Source of the DNA: an uncultured Chloroflexia bacterium
Lineage (GTDB): Bacteria; Chloroflexota; Anaerolineae; Caldilineales; Caldilineaceae
Assembly: GCA_963791135.1 (NCBI GenBank)
Contig: CAWBRX010000001.1
Coordinates: 5,463-69,462 of the forward strand
Direction: 5' to 3'
Length of the DNA: 64,000 nucleotides
The first letter of the stretch is position 1. The number at the start of each line of letters is the position of its first letter. Position numbers and translations under genes: made by a program. A model generated the notes under the pieces. The model made no database searches. It worked only from the letters and a program-made list of their open reading frames with translations, and was not told the origin of the DNA. Positions 19,627 to 29,616 of this stretch are shown piece after piece.

Positions 19627-20563
19627 TGGGGTGAGCCTGGTCATTCTGCTGGCCGTCATGCCCCTGATCGGTTTCCTGCTGCTGATCATGGCTAACCGCT
19701 ACGACATCACAGGTTCGCCCGCCCATGAGATCGCGGCCGAAGTTCAACAGAAGATAGATACTGCCTGGCTCAACGAGGACGACCCAACTAACGACAACGA
19801 CCAGTTTGACGGCACGTACCAGGTAGCCGGCGCAGCGCAAACTTTGCTCTTCATGTTGGCGCTGGCCGCCAATCTTCTTGGTGTGTTTGGGGCATCCTAT
19901 GAGATCGTGAAGGAAGACGCGATCTATCGCCGCGAGCGCATGGTAAACCTGTCACTTGCGCCATACCTGTTGTCAAAGACCGCGGTGCTGGCCGCCTTTG
20001 CCGCCATCCAGTGCGTTCTGCTGCTGTGGGTCGTGCAGCGCAAGGTGGAGTACCCGCAAGACGGAGTGCTGCTGGGTGCGTTCGGCGAAATGTACGTGAC
20101 CCTGCTGCTCGTATCGTTGGCCGGCATCACTCTCGGCCTGCTGCTGTCGGCAGTGGTGCGCAACCAGAATACGGTGATCTACCTGATGCTGTTGGTGCTG
20201 TTTGTGCAGATATTGTTTGCCGGAGCGATCTTCAAGCTGCCCGGCGCTGCCGCCCCCATCTCCTATCTCACGCCAACGCGCTGGGCGCTTGAAGCCCTGG
20301 GGAGCACCGTGGACATGAACCGCCTCAACGCCCTCAGCGTGACCTGCGTGGAGCCTGAAAACGAGCAGCAGCGAACGCTGATCGAAAAGAGTTCACCGCC
20401 CTGCGACGAAGGCCAGCAGAAGCTGTCGCCGGTGCTCGACTTCAACGTCAACTATGAGCATGAGACAGGTCATCTGCTTATTCGCTGGGGCGTGCTGCTG
20501 CTGCTCTCGGCTGCCTTCGTTGGTATAACATTCTACGTCCAGAAACGCAAGGATATCATGTGA
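19543..20563 (+). CDS. ABC-2-type permease domain (C-terminal part of the FHA-gated ABC exporter)
   Basis: Meaningful part of track ORF 19328..20563. WRQWSVLTQRYLDLIRRDGVSLVILLAVMPLIGFLL..., six predicted TM helices and a large loop between TM1 and TM2. Confidence 0.8.
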
Positions 20564-23109
20564 GTGCCGGTACAACCCTTCGCCGTGAACAGATCGGACG
20601 GCTGCTGGAAGAGCTGGAGCAGCGGCAGCGTGACCATATGGCCCCCAGTGGACCGCCGTTCTGGGGGCCGCAGGTCCAGTCGCAGTCCTACTGGCAGGTG
20701 CTGGCGCTGGCTCGCTTCTGGGAACGCCCCGCAGCCCAGCCGCAGGGAGAGGAACTGGACTACGCCCAGCATATGGCAGACCTGCTGACCGGCAGCCATG
20801 CCCCTAGCCGCACCGTCCGCTACCTGGTGACCAGCACAGGCCAGGACGTGGGCGTCTACCTGGCACTGCAAGATGAAACTGCCCCTGCCGACCGGGTTCT
20901 GCCGGCACTGCTGCAAGGCACGTTTCCCGGTATCGAACTCGCTGCCAAGCCTGCCGCCAACCTGGGTAAAGATCTGTATGCGCAAGGCGTGTTCACGCAT
21001 GCGGGCATGCTCACCGGCATTCCAACCCTAAAGCTGCGCGCAAACCCTCAAGAAGGGCGCGCAGCGATGCAGCAGATCGAGCGCGTGCTGCGCGGTCTCT
21101 CCGGCAGCAATTGGGGATACTTAGTGGTCGCCGCTGCGGTGCCACAGCCGCGCACGTTGGACCTGGCGCAGCAGGCGATGCAGCGTGTAACCCAAGTATC
21201 TGCGCTTGTGCATGAGCAGACCAGCCGCCAGGGCGGCCGGCCTGAACTGGTAGACAACCAGGTGCAGACCGTGACACGTACGGCCGACCAGACCCACTAC
21301 GATGCGAAGACGTGCTTGGAACTGCTGGAAAAGAACCTGGATCGCCTCCAGATCGCCCGTGCCGAAGGGCTCTGGCAGGTGCAGGTCTACTATTTTGCCG
21401 CGGAGGCCCTTGTGCAAGCACAATTGGGATCCTTGCTGCGCGGCATATTTGCAGGTCCTGACTCTTCGCCCGAACCGATGCGGACCGTTGCGCGGCAGAC
21501 CGACCCCAACGCGGCGGATCGTGATGCAGAGCTGCAGACACTGCTCAATACGCGCGAATTGGCTGCCCTCATGCAGCTGCCGCGCGAGGAGTTTCCCTCC
21601 TATGCATTGCGTGACTATGTGCGCTTCGACAGTGACCTGCCCAAGCCGCAGCCCGTCGATGGTATCGAGTTAGGGCAGGTGCTTGACGGCGGGCGGCCCC
21701 TGGGCCACAGCTACTGCGTGGAGCGCCGCGACTTTACCAAGCATGGGCTGATAGCCGGTGTCACGGGCAGCGGCAAGACGACGACTGTCTTTAGCCTCCT
21801 CGACCAGATCTACCAGCAGGGCAAGGGAACTCCGTTCCTGGTCATCGAACCGGCCAAGACGGAATATCGCGCCTTGCTGCAAGCGGCAGCGCAGTTCCCA
21901 AACTTGCGTATTTACACGTTGGGCGATGAACGCTGTGCGCCGTTCAGGCTCAACCCTTTTGCCTTCGCAATCGGCGACGCCCAGCACCGCATCCATGTGC
22001 AGACCCATATCGATTTCCTCAAGGCCGTTTTCAACGCCGCCTTTGTGCTTTATGCGCCGATGCCGTATGTTCTGGAGACCTGCCTGCATGAGATCTACAT
22101 AGACAAGGGCTGGGATCTGGCCAGCTCTGTGAACCAGCGTCTGCCCTTTGCGCAGCAAGGTAGTGAGATGCTCTGGCCGGTTTTCCCGACCCTGGGCGAC
22201 CTGCACGCCAAGGTGGACGAAGTGGTGGATCGACTGGGGTATGAGGAGCGGATTGCCATGGATGTCAAGGCCGGCCTCAAGGCGCGCATTGGCAGCCTCC
22301 GTCTCGGCGGCAAGGGCTTTATGCTTGACTGCCGCCATTCGGTGCCCATGCACGAACTCGTCGCGTACCCGACTATCCTCGAAATGGCGTCGATCGGCAA
22401 CGAGGACGAAAAGGCGTTTGTGCTCGGCTTACTGCTCACTGCGCTTTATGAATACCTGATCGTGCGCCACCAGATCGCTGCCGCCGGTGGGGGACCGGCA
22501 ATGAAGGCGCGTGGGGGACTGGCACACTTGACGGTGCTGGAGGAGGCTCACCGCCTGCTTAAGAACGTCTCCACTGAGGTAAGCACCGAGAGCGCTAACA
22601 ACCGCGGCCAGGCGGTCGAGACATTTACCAATATGTTGTCGGAGATTCGCAGCTACGGCGAGGGCGTTCTGATTGCTGAGCAAATTCCTACCAAGCTGGC
22701 ACCCGACGCTATCAAGAATACGAACTTAAAAATCGTCCACCGTCTCCTTGCGGGCGACGATCGCGAGGTGTTAGCGGCGACGATGAACATGAGCGATGAG
22801 CAGAGCCGATTTCTAACGACATTGCGCGCCGGGCAGGCCGTCGTACACGCCGAGGGTGCCGATCATCCCTATTGCCTCGCCTTGCGTGACATCAAAACAC
22901 AAGTGAGTGGCCGGACCACCGACGCAGAAATCGCCCAGGCAATGGCCGGCATTGTTGCCCAGCCGCTGTACGAACCCACTCCGGAGTTTTCGCAGCACTT
23001 CCCAAAAGCTATCATGCAGGGGCAAGCACGGCCGGCAGCATCGCTGTCCACGGTCCGTACCCTGGCGCCTGGCGCTGGTCGACCAGGCTGGCTTCACAGA
23101 GCAGTTTGA
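20560..23109 (+). CDS. HerA/FtsK-superfamily (DUF87-type) P-loop ATPase with a long unassigned N-terminal region
   Basis: GTG 20560 overlaps the permease stop (GTGA). Walker A GLIAGVTGSGKTTTV, then FLVIEPAKTEYRAL. Walker B LTVLEEAHRLL. GEGVLIAEQIPTKLAPDAIKNTNLKIVHRL. The correct frame ends about 23068. Confidence 0.75.
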   Translation: MSAGTTLRREQIGRLLEELEQRQRDHMAPSGPPFWGPQVQSQSYWQVLALARFWERPAAQPQGEELDYAQHMADLLTGSHAPSRTVRYLVTSTGQDVGVYLALQDETAPADRVLPALLQGTFPGIELAAKPAANLGKDLYAQGVFTHAGMLTGIPTLKLRANPQEGRAAMQQIERVLRGLSGSNWGYLVVAAAVPQPRTLDLAQQAMQRVTQVSALVHEQTSRQGGRPELVDNQVQTVTRTADQTHYDAKTCLELLEKNLDRLQIARAEGLWQVQVYYFAAEALVQAQLGSLLRGIFAGPDSSPEPMRTVARQTDPNAADRDAELQTLLNTRELAALMQLPREEFPSYALRDYVRFDSDLPKPQPVDGIELGQVLDGGRPLGHSYCVERRDFTKHGLIAGVTGSGKTTTVFSLLDQIYQQGKGTPFLVIEPAKTEYRALLQAAAQFPNLRIYTLGDERCAPFRLNPFAFAIGDAQHRIHVQTHIDFLKAVFNAAFVLYAPMPYVLETCLHEIYIDKGWDLASSVNQRLPFAQQGSEMLWPVFPTLGDLHAKVDEVVDRLGYEERIAMDVKAGLKARIGSLRLGGKGFMLDCRHSVPMHELVAYPTILEMASIGNEDEKAFVLGLLLTALYEYLIVRHQIAAAGGGPAMKARGGLAHLTVLEEAHRLLKNVSTEVSTESANNRGQAVETFTNMLSEIRSYGEGVLIAEQIPTKLAPDAIKNTNLKIVHRLLAGDDREVLAATMNMSDEQSRFLTTLRAGQAVVHAEGADHPYCLALRDIKTQVSGRTTDAEIAQAMAGIVAQPLYEPTPEFSQHFPKAIMQGQARPAASLSTVRTLAPGAGRPGWLHRAV

Positions 23110-23782
23110 CCGGCTTGTTCTCAGCATCGTCGAGGCGCCCGAACGCACGGTTGTGAGTTTTGCCTGGCTGGCGCGCCAGGCACAGCAGAGTTGGATCGAG
23201 GATGCGGTTGCGATGCCTGTGGTGCTCTATGCTGTGCTCATTGCCGTGGAAGAGCACAGCACACGACGCGGCCAGCAGTATCGCTGGCCGTATCATCGCA
23301 TCGGCAACGCCTATGGACATTTGCGGCGCACGCTCTCTGAGACGGCGCGCAACTATCCGTATCACGTGACTGACCACCAGCAGCGCGACCATGCGCTGCG
23401 CCAGCTGGCGGCGGCGGTGCAGCCATCAGCTGCCCAGTTTCAAGCGGCATATGGCAAGCTGACCGCAACCCATGCGCCCTACGACTTATGCCACGCATGT
23501 GCGACCTGCTGCCGGTATCGATTTGAGGCAGCCAACATTGCGCAGCGATCCGACAGCCAGGCTGCTCTGCGCCACGCTTTCGAGACCAAGGATGATCAGG
23601 CTATGTGGAAGCAGTTGACAGACTACTGCAGGAACGCGGCTGCGCAGATCGCCCGTGGACCCGCCGGCCAACCGCCACGCGATGCATGTATTTGTGTGGC
23701 CGTGCACAGCGCTTTGGTTGCGCGGTTTAGTCCGGCCACCCAGACCAAAATGGTGCGCAATGTCGTGAACCTGCTGCCTTAG
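23076..23782 (+). CDS. C-terminal ~235-aa extension of the HerA-type ATPase (next frame), Cys-rich, no known domain
   Basis: Meaningful part of track ORF 22907..23782: LVDQAGFTEQFDRLVLSIVEAPERT...LCHACATCCRYRF...DACICVAVH. Joined to 20560..23109 by one +1 shift. Confidence 0.55.
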
Positions 23783-23805
23783 GCTTGTCCGGTTTACCGG
23801 CCGGC

Positions 23806-24678
23806 CTACTCCATGCAGAGCAGCAAGCGCAGTTGGCGCAGCGCGCGATGGCGGAGAGTCTGTACGGCGCTGCGGCTCTTGCCAATCGCCTCCGCGATCT
23901 CTTCATCAGACAGCTCTTCAAAGAATGTGTACAGAATGACGTCGCGCCGCTGTTGGCTCTGCATCTGTTCAATCGCAGCAATCAGCTCGCTGGCATCACC
24001 GTAACTCTGGTAGGTATCAAGCTCAGCTTGGCGGTGATTGCCAGCCGCTCCCCCCTTGCCCGCATGCTCGCACAAGTCTTCCAACTCCAGTTCTTCGGGG
24101 GCAAACGGCCCGCGGTCCATGAGATCGCGTGAACGTGTGCAGCGCTGCAAGAATACATTGCGGACAATCGTACGCGTCCACAGATCGAACGAGATATCCC
24201 ATGGGTACGTAGCGGCGAAGATGTGTTCGCAGGCCTGCTGCGAGAGTTCGGTGGCCTGGTCGCGTGCGTACTGGCTGCACATACCGCTGCGCTGCAGCAT
24301 GCGTTGAGCTGCCTGCGTCAGCTGTCTGGTCAGCGTCTCCCATGCGGCCATATCGCCTTCATGCAGCGCGTCGTACCGGACATGTTCGCATTGAAATGTA
24401 TAGAGCACGCGGCGTTGGTACTGTTCCCATCCTTCGGGCGTACACGAAAAGTACTGCTCCATCACGCGCAGCGCACGGCGGCTGGCTACATTTTGCACAA
24501 GGATGCCGTGCACGCGCTCGTACTGCGTGTCAGTAAAGCCTGGTGCCAGATCGCGCTGCAGTGGGTAGGCGATCCCGTGGAGGACAAAGTGTGCTCTGGT
24601 CCCGCCAGGGACGTCCGTGCAGTTGGAGGCATCGGGAATGGCGGTGTCGTGGCTGGAGTCAGCGGCTCGTCCAGACAT
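23806..24678 (-). CDS. Sigma-70 family (ECF-like) RNA polymerase sigma factor with N-terminal extension
   Basis: Region 4 HTH: LYTFFEELSDEEIAEAIGKSRSAVQTLRHRALRQLR. Region 2-like: FDLWTRTIVRNVFLQRCTRS. ATG 24678 has a GAGGT RBS 6 nt upstream; the track ORF extends to 24729. Convergent with the HerA-type gene (24-nt gap). Confidence 0.75.
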   Translation of the reverse strand: MSGRAADSSHDTAIPDASNCTDVPGGTRAHFVLHGIAYPLQRDLAPGFTDTQYERVHGILVQNVASRRALRVMEQYFSCTPEGWEQYQRRVLYTFQCEHVRYDALHEGDMAAWETLTRQLTQAAQRMLQRSGMCSQYARDQATELSQQACEHIFAATYPWDISFDLWTRTIVRNVFLQRCTRSRDLMDRGPFAPEELELEDLCEHAGKGGAAGNHRQAELDTYQSYGDASELIAAIEQMQSQQRRDVILYTFFEELSDEEIAEAIGKSRSAVQTLRHRALRQLRLLLCME

Positions 24679-25058
24679 AGTTACCTCGGGAGATGATAAT
24701 TTGACACACGGAGTCGTGATGGTCGGCAATGCGCTGTCGGTGTAGGGGGGTAACGGCCGCCGTCACTATACTTTTCGCAAACAGCGTACATTGCGTTGGG
24801 CTTACAGTCAACTGACAAAATGCTGACAAACGGGGAGTTACTGACGAAATGAGAGGGTTTTGAGAGGAATCGGGATAGGTTTTACAGCGCGAAGTTGTTT
24901 TGGTTCCTGACGAATTGCCTGCGAAATCCAAGCTTGAGCTTACAGGGTGAGCGCCCAAGCTGCCCTTTTGAGAGGTGCTTCTCTACCCGATCGGCCACCG
25001 CGATTGCTGCCTTATTTCGCTGACCTATCTTGTTGATGAAGCGAACGTTGGGCTCTCC

Positions 25059-27561
25059 CTACGGCACCAGCTCCAGCTTATACGCCATCACCTTCTCCAC
25101 CGCCTCGCGCGACCACGGCATGACGTGGTACACGCCTTCGCGCCACATCATCACCTGGTCGTCGTACAGCCGGCTGAGCGGATGGCCGGACTGGCCACCG
25201 GCCAGCACGGTCTCGGCACGGTCCCAGGTGCCGACTTCGTAGATCTGCCGGTAGACGGGGATGGTGGTGACCAGGCCCGGGGGCAGCCGCGTTTCGGGGC
25301 GGGCGTCGGTGCGGGTCTGCTGCGGGGTGGTGGCGTCGCCGCCTACGGGGAGGGGACCGCGGTCGAAGAACTGGCCGACAAAACGGGCGCGGCCTAAGGG
25401 ATGCGCAAAGCGCACCTGGTGCGTCCGGCCCCACGCCCAGCGCAGGCTGCTGTCGCCGTGCACCTGGCGCACGGATCTTCATCGCCCGCGTCAGCGCCTC
25501 CTGCAGGATCTCGTCGCGCAGCCGCTGCCGCCCGCCGGCGATGTCGGCATACCAGAACGACTCCTCGTGCGTGTTGAGCAGCTCCAGCAGCTTTGTCTCG
25601 GCACGCAGCCGGAAGCCGTGCAGCGGAAAGAGCGGCGTGCCGGCCACGCCGAGAAAACCTTCATACCCGCGACCGCAGCTTGTCGCCCCATACCATCTGC
25701 ATCAGGTGCGCCAGGATGTAGTGGAAACAGAGCGCAGCCTGGCTGTCAGTGTCCATGCGAAAGTTCCACTTGCGCAGAAACTGGAGCGCCGTCTTTTCCC
25801 AAGGGTCCTCGCTCCGCAGCAGCGTGAACCACGGCGTCAGCGCCTGCGCATACTTGGAGAGCGTGTCCTGCTGGATCTCTTCCATGTCGCGGATGGTGTA
25901 GCGGTCTTTCTCGACCAACATCTCCTCGATGCGCGCTGCACGCCAGCCGGGATCGAATTCGATTCCCAGGAAATGCCCGTAGTCGTCCCCCGCCGGCTTG
26001 TTGTTCGCCACCACGATCTTGCCGGATGGCGGGTTGTAGAGCCGCGGCAGCTCCTCGAACGGGATCGGTTCCCCCCATTCGTAGCTGGGCTCCCAGCCCG
26101 GCGCCGGCAGCAGGCCAAGATTTGTCGCCCGCTGCGGCACACGGCCCGCCAGCGTGAACCCGATATTGCCGCGCGCGTCGGCAAAGGTAAATGCCTGCAC
26201 CGGCGCTTCCCAGTCTGCCAGCGCCGCGTTGAAGCTCTGCCCAGTCCGTCGCCCTGGCAAGCGCCAGCTGTGCGCGCCAGCGTGCGCCCGGGCACATGGC
26301 CGGTCCACTGCAGCGCCAGCGGCGCCGCGATCTGCGGCTTGGCAGGCCTGCCGCCCTCCGGCGCCTCGGCCCGCAAGAAACCCGTGATGATCGGCCCGTG
26401 CCGCGTGATGACGACCCGTTCCACATGCGGCGCGCGCGCGGCGCACCTGGATGACCTCTTCGACGACCTGCGCCTGCTCCCAGCTGTCCCCGTAGTGCAA
26501 ACTGCGTGGGATCGGTTGGATGCGGCTTCTCGATAAACAGGTCCTGCGTATCGACGAGCGCCATTGGCGATGCCCCAGGCGATCGCATGGTTGTGGCCCA
26601 TCGCCAGACGCCGGGCTGGCCCGGATACGTGGCGCCGCTGATCTCCAGCGTGGGGCAGCTCAGGTGCATCTCGTAGATCGGCCCGGGCAGCTGTACGTTC
26701 AGTGCGGGTCCGCGCACAGCAGGGCGCGGCGGTTGAGGCTGTGCTTCGGCGCCACCACCCAGCTGTTGGATCCTTGCCCCTCGCCGCCGCCCAACCAGGC
26801 ACGGGCATTCTCATACTGCGTGAGCAGCAGGCCGGCCGTAGCTAGCAGCCGCTCTTTTGTCTCGCTGCTCACCCCTTCCAGCAGCAGCGGATTCTTGTGC
26901 GGATAGTCGGGCTCCAGCTCCGCTGCCGTATACGGGTCCAGCTCGTGCAGCAGGCGCAGTCGGGTCAGTTCGCTCTCCCAGTTGACGCTCATCGACCAGG
27001 CCGCGGCCTTGGCACACGCCAGCGTGTCGAGCGGCGTCCACGGATCCACCTGCGCCCGCAGCAGGTTGATCTCTGCGGCCAGCCGCCCGGGGTGCGTCGC
27101 GATGTAGGCGTTGACGCCCGCCGCGTACCACTCCAGCACCTGGCGTGTGGCGGGGTCCAGCGCCGCCAGTTCGGCCTCTGCCGCGCGGCGAAAGCCGACG
27201 ATGCGGCAGAAGCGGTCGGCGTCCAGCGCGGGCGCGCCAAAGAGCTCGGCCAGCCGCCCGGAGGCGATGCGCCGGCTCTGCTCCATCTGCCACATGCGGT
27301 CCTGCGCATGCAGCCAGCCCTGGGCACGCCAGAGGTCGGCCTCGCTCTGCGCATAGACATGGGGCACGCCGTGCTTGTCGCGCACGACTTCCACCGGCTG
27401 TTCGAGACCGGCCACGTGGAGCTTGCCGTCCAGCTTGGGCGTAGGCCGCTGCAGCCGCCACCAGTAGACGTACATGAACAGCGCGGCGGCCAGCAGCACG
27501 AGCAGAAAAAGGATGGCAACGAGTACAATAGGGAAGAGAGCTGAACATGGGCGTGTTTCAC
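25059..27561 (-). pseudogene. Penicillin acylase/amidase family (Ntn-hydrolase, S45) protein, at least 9 frame breaks
   Basis: Fragments 26699..27499 (VRDKHGVPHVYA...GSNSWVVAPKHS...LLCADPH), 25746..26717, 25837..26814 (MGHNHAIAWGIANGA), 25661..26500 (FTFADARGNIGFTLAGRVP...), 25078..25647 and 25059..25472 (...AGGQSGHPLSRLYDDQ) tile one protein. Confidence 0.8.
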
Positions 27562-27626
27562 CGCTGTGTTTTGTGCTTACCTGTGCTTACTATACACGAT
27601 GGTAGATTCTACGAATAGTCAACGGA

Positions 27627-28487
27627 GTGAGATTGCTCTCTATGTCACAAGTAAACGGCGCCGGCGCTCCAGGTGACCGGAAGCTATGGATCGGCATCAC
27701 CACGCAGCCGTGGGGACGCCGAATGGGTGCAGAAGCAACACGCGCAATTACGTCGCCATGGTGCACGGACTGCCGGCGCCGAACCGATCATTCTCTCCCC
27801 CGACACACCGGCCGTGCTCCCCGACGGCCGTACCTTTACGCCTGACGCGCAGGGCCGCCTGCGGCACCCAAGTACTAGGTGCTCTCGATGGCCTGATTCT
27901 CTCGGGCGGCGGTGACGTCCATCCCAGTTACTTCGGCCAGCCGCTTGCCGGCGCCGAACCAGAGTCGATCGACCTCCTGCGCGACGAACTGGAGATTGAG
28001 CTGGCGCAGGCCGCGCTCGCGCCGGATCTGCCGCTCTTCGGCATCTGCCGCGGCTGCCAGGTCCTCAACGTGGCCGCCGGTGGCAGCATGCTCCAGCACT
28101 TTGGCGGCCACCGCACGCCCGAGGGCGGCCCGACCAACTTTCACGATGTCGCCATCGAGCCCGGCAGCAAGCTCCACACCATCGTCGGCGACGGCACGCT
28201 GCCGGTCAACACCTTTCACCACCAGGGCGCTGGACGTGCCGGCCGCTGGCGCCGATCTTTGCGACCGCCGCCGTACGCCCAGCCCGACACGTGGCTGGTC
28301 GAGGCCTACGAGAGCCCGTCACCACCGCTGGGTGGTCGGCGTGCAGTGGCATCCGGAACGCCACTTCGAGTTGGAAGACGGCCACCGGCGCATCTGGGAC
28401 AGCTTCTTCGCCGCATGCTGGGACCATCGAACCAACGGAAAGGAACAGCCGCATGGCAGCACAGCCACCGGGAGCCAGCCCCGCTGA
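27627..28487 (+). pseudogene. Class-I glutamine amidotransferase / peptidase C26 (PuuD-like gamma-glutamyl hydrolase), multiple frame breaks
   Basis: KLWIGITTQPWG; GAEPIILSPD; LDGLILSGGGDVHPSYF; LPLFGICRGCQVLNVAAGG (nucleophile Cys); VGVQWHPE. Spread over track ORFs 27627.., 27673.., 27686.. and 27912..28487. Confidence 0.7.
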
Positions 28488-29601
28488 TACCAAGCAGATG
28501 CTGGCCAGCCTCCAGGACGAACTGGACGGCGTCACGCTCTATTCTGCACTGGCCGAGCTGGAAAAGAGTCCGCAATTGGCGGAGGTCTACCGGCGGCTGG
28601 CTGCGGTCGAGGGCCGCCATGCCGAGCGCTGGCAGTCGCAGCTGGCGGCGGCAGGGAGTCGCCGTCCCGACCGTACAAGCCCTCGTGGCGCACCAGCACC
28701 CTGGTCTGGCTGGCACGGCGTTTTGGCGTGGGCTTTGTCCTGCCTTCGGTGACCGCACGCGAGCAGGCCGATGCCGGCAAGTATCAAGGCGATCGCCGGC
28801 GCCGCCGATATGAGCGGGGACGAGATTCTCGCACGCGCGCATGCTGAACCAGGTGACGCGCTCGCTTCCCGGCGGGCTGGAGGGCAGCGCCATCGCCCAG
28901 CTGGAGGGCCGCCATAAGGCCGGCGGCGGCAACGCCCTGCGCGCGGCCGTGCTGGGCGCCAACGACGGCCTTGTCTCCAACATGAGCCTGGTCATGGGCG
29001 TCGCCGGCGCCTCGCTGGCCAACAACCAGATCCTGGTCACCGGCCTCGCCGGCCTCCTGGCCGGCGCCTGCTCGATGGCGCTCGGCGAGTGGCTCTCGGT
29101 GCAGAGCTCGCGCGAACTCTATGAAAAGCAGATCGCCATCGAGCGCGCCGAGATCGAGGCCGACCCGCAGGAAGAAGCTGCCGAACTGGCGCTGATCTAC
29201 CAGTCCCGCGGCATCGCCGAGGCCCAGGCGCGCGAACTGGCCGACGCGCATCGTCAGCGACCGCAGCAGCGCGCTCGAAACGCTCTCGCGCGAGGAACTG
29301 GGCATCGACCCCGCCGAACTGGGCGGCTCGGCCTGGGAGGCGGCGATCACCTCGTTCCTGCTCTTCTCGATCGGCGCCATCATCCCCGTGCTGCCGTTCT
29401 TTCTCCTGAGCGGCATGACGGCCGTCATCGTCAGCCTCGTGCTCAGCACGATCGGCCTCTTTGCCATCGGCGCCGGCATCACCCTGTTCACCGGCCGCGG
29501 GCTGCTCTTCTCCGGCGGCCGCCAGGTGCTCTTTGGCCTCGCCGCCGCCGGCATCACCTACGCGCATCGGCCATCTGATCGGCGTCAGCATCGGGGGGTA
29601 G
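28453..29601 (+). pseudogene. VIT1/CCC1-family iron/manganese transporter with N-terminal ferritin/rubrerythrin-like domain, multiple frame breaks
   Basis: LQDELDGVTLYSALAELEKSPQLAEVYRRLAAVEGRHAERW; LRAAVLGANDGLVSNMSLVMGVAG; GEWLSVQSSRE; PFFLLSG...GLFAIGAGITLFTGR. A reconstructed end ...GHLIGVSIGG* gives a stop at 29599-29601. Confidence 0.7.
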
Positions 29602-29616
29602 CTGCTGCCGCCAGCG

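Noticed and set aside
24730-25058. Intergenic gaps (24730-25058, 31927-32033, 40239-40405, 46539-46868, 56333-57040) scanned by eye for tRNA, tmRNA, RNase P, SRP or known riboswitch cores.
   Set aside because: I found no cloverleaf-compatible arms and no conserved cores that I can recognise. A covariance-model scan would be needed to be sure.
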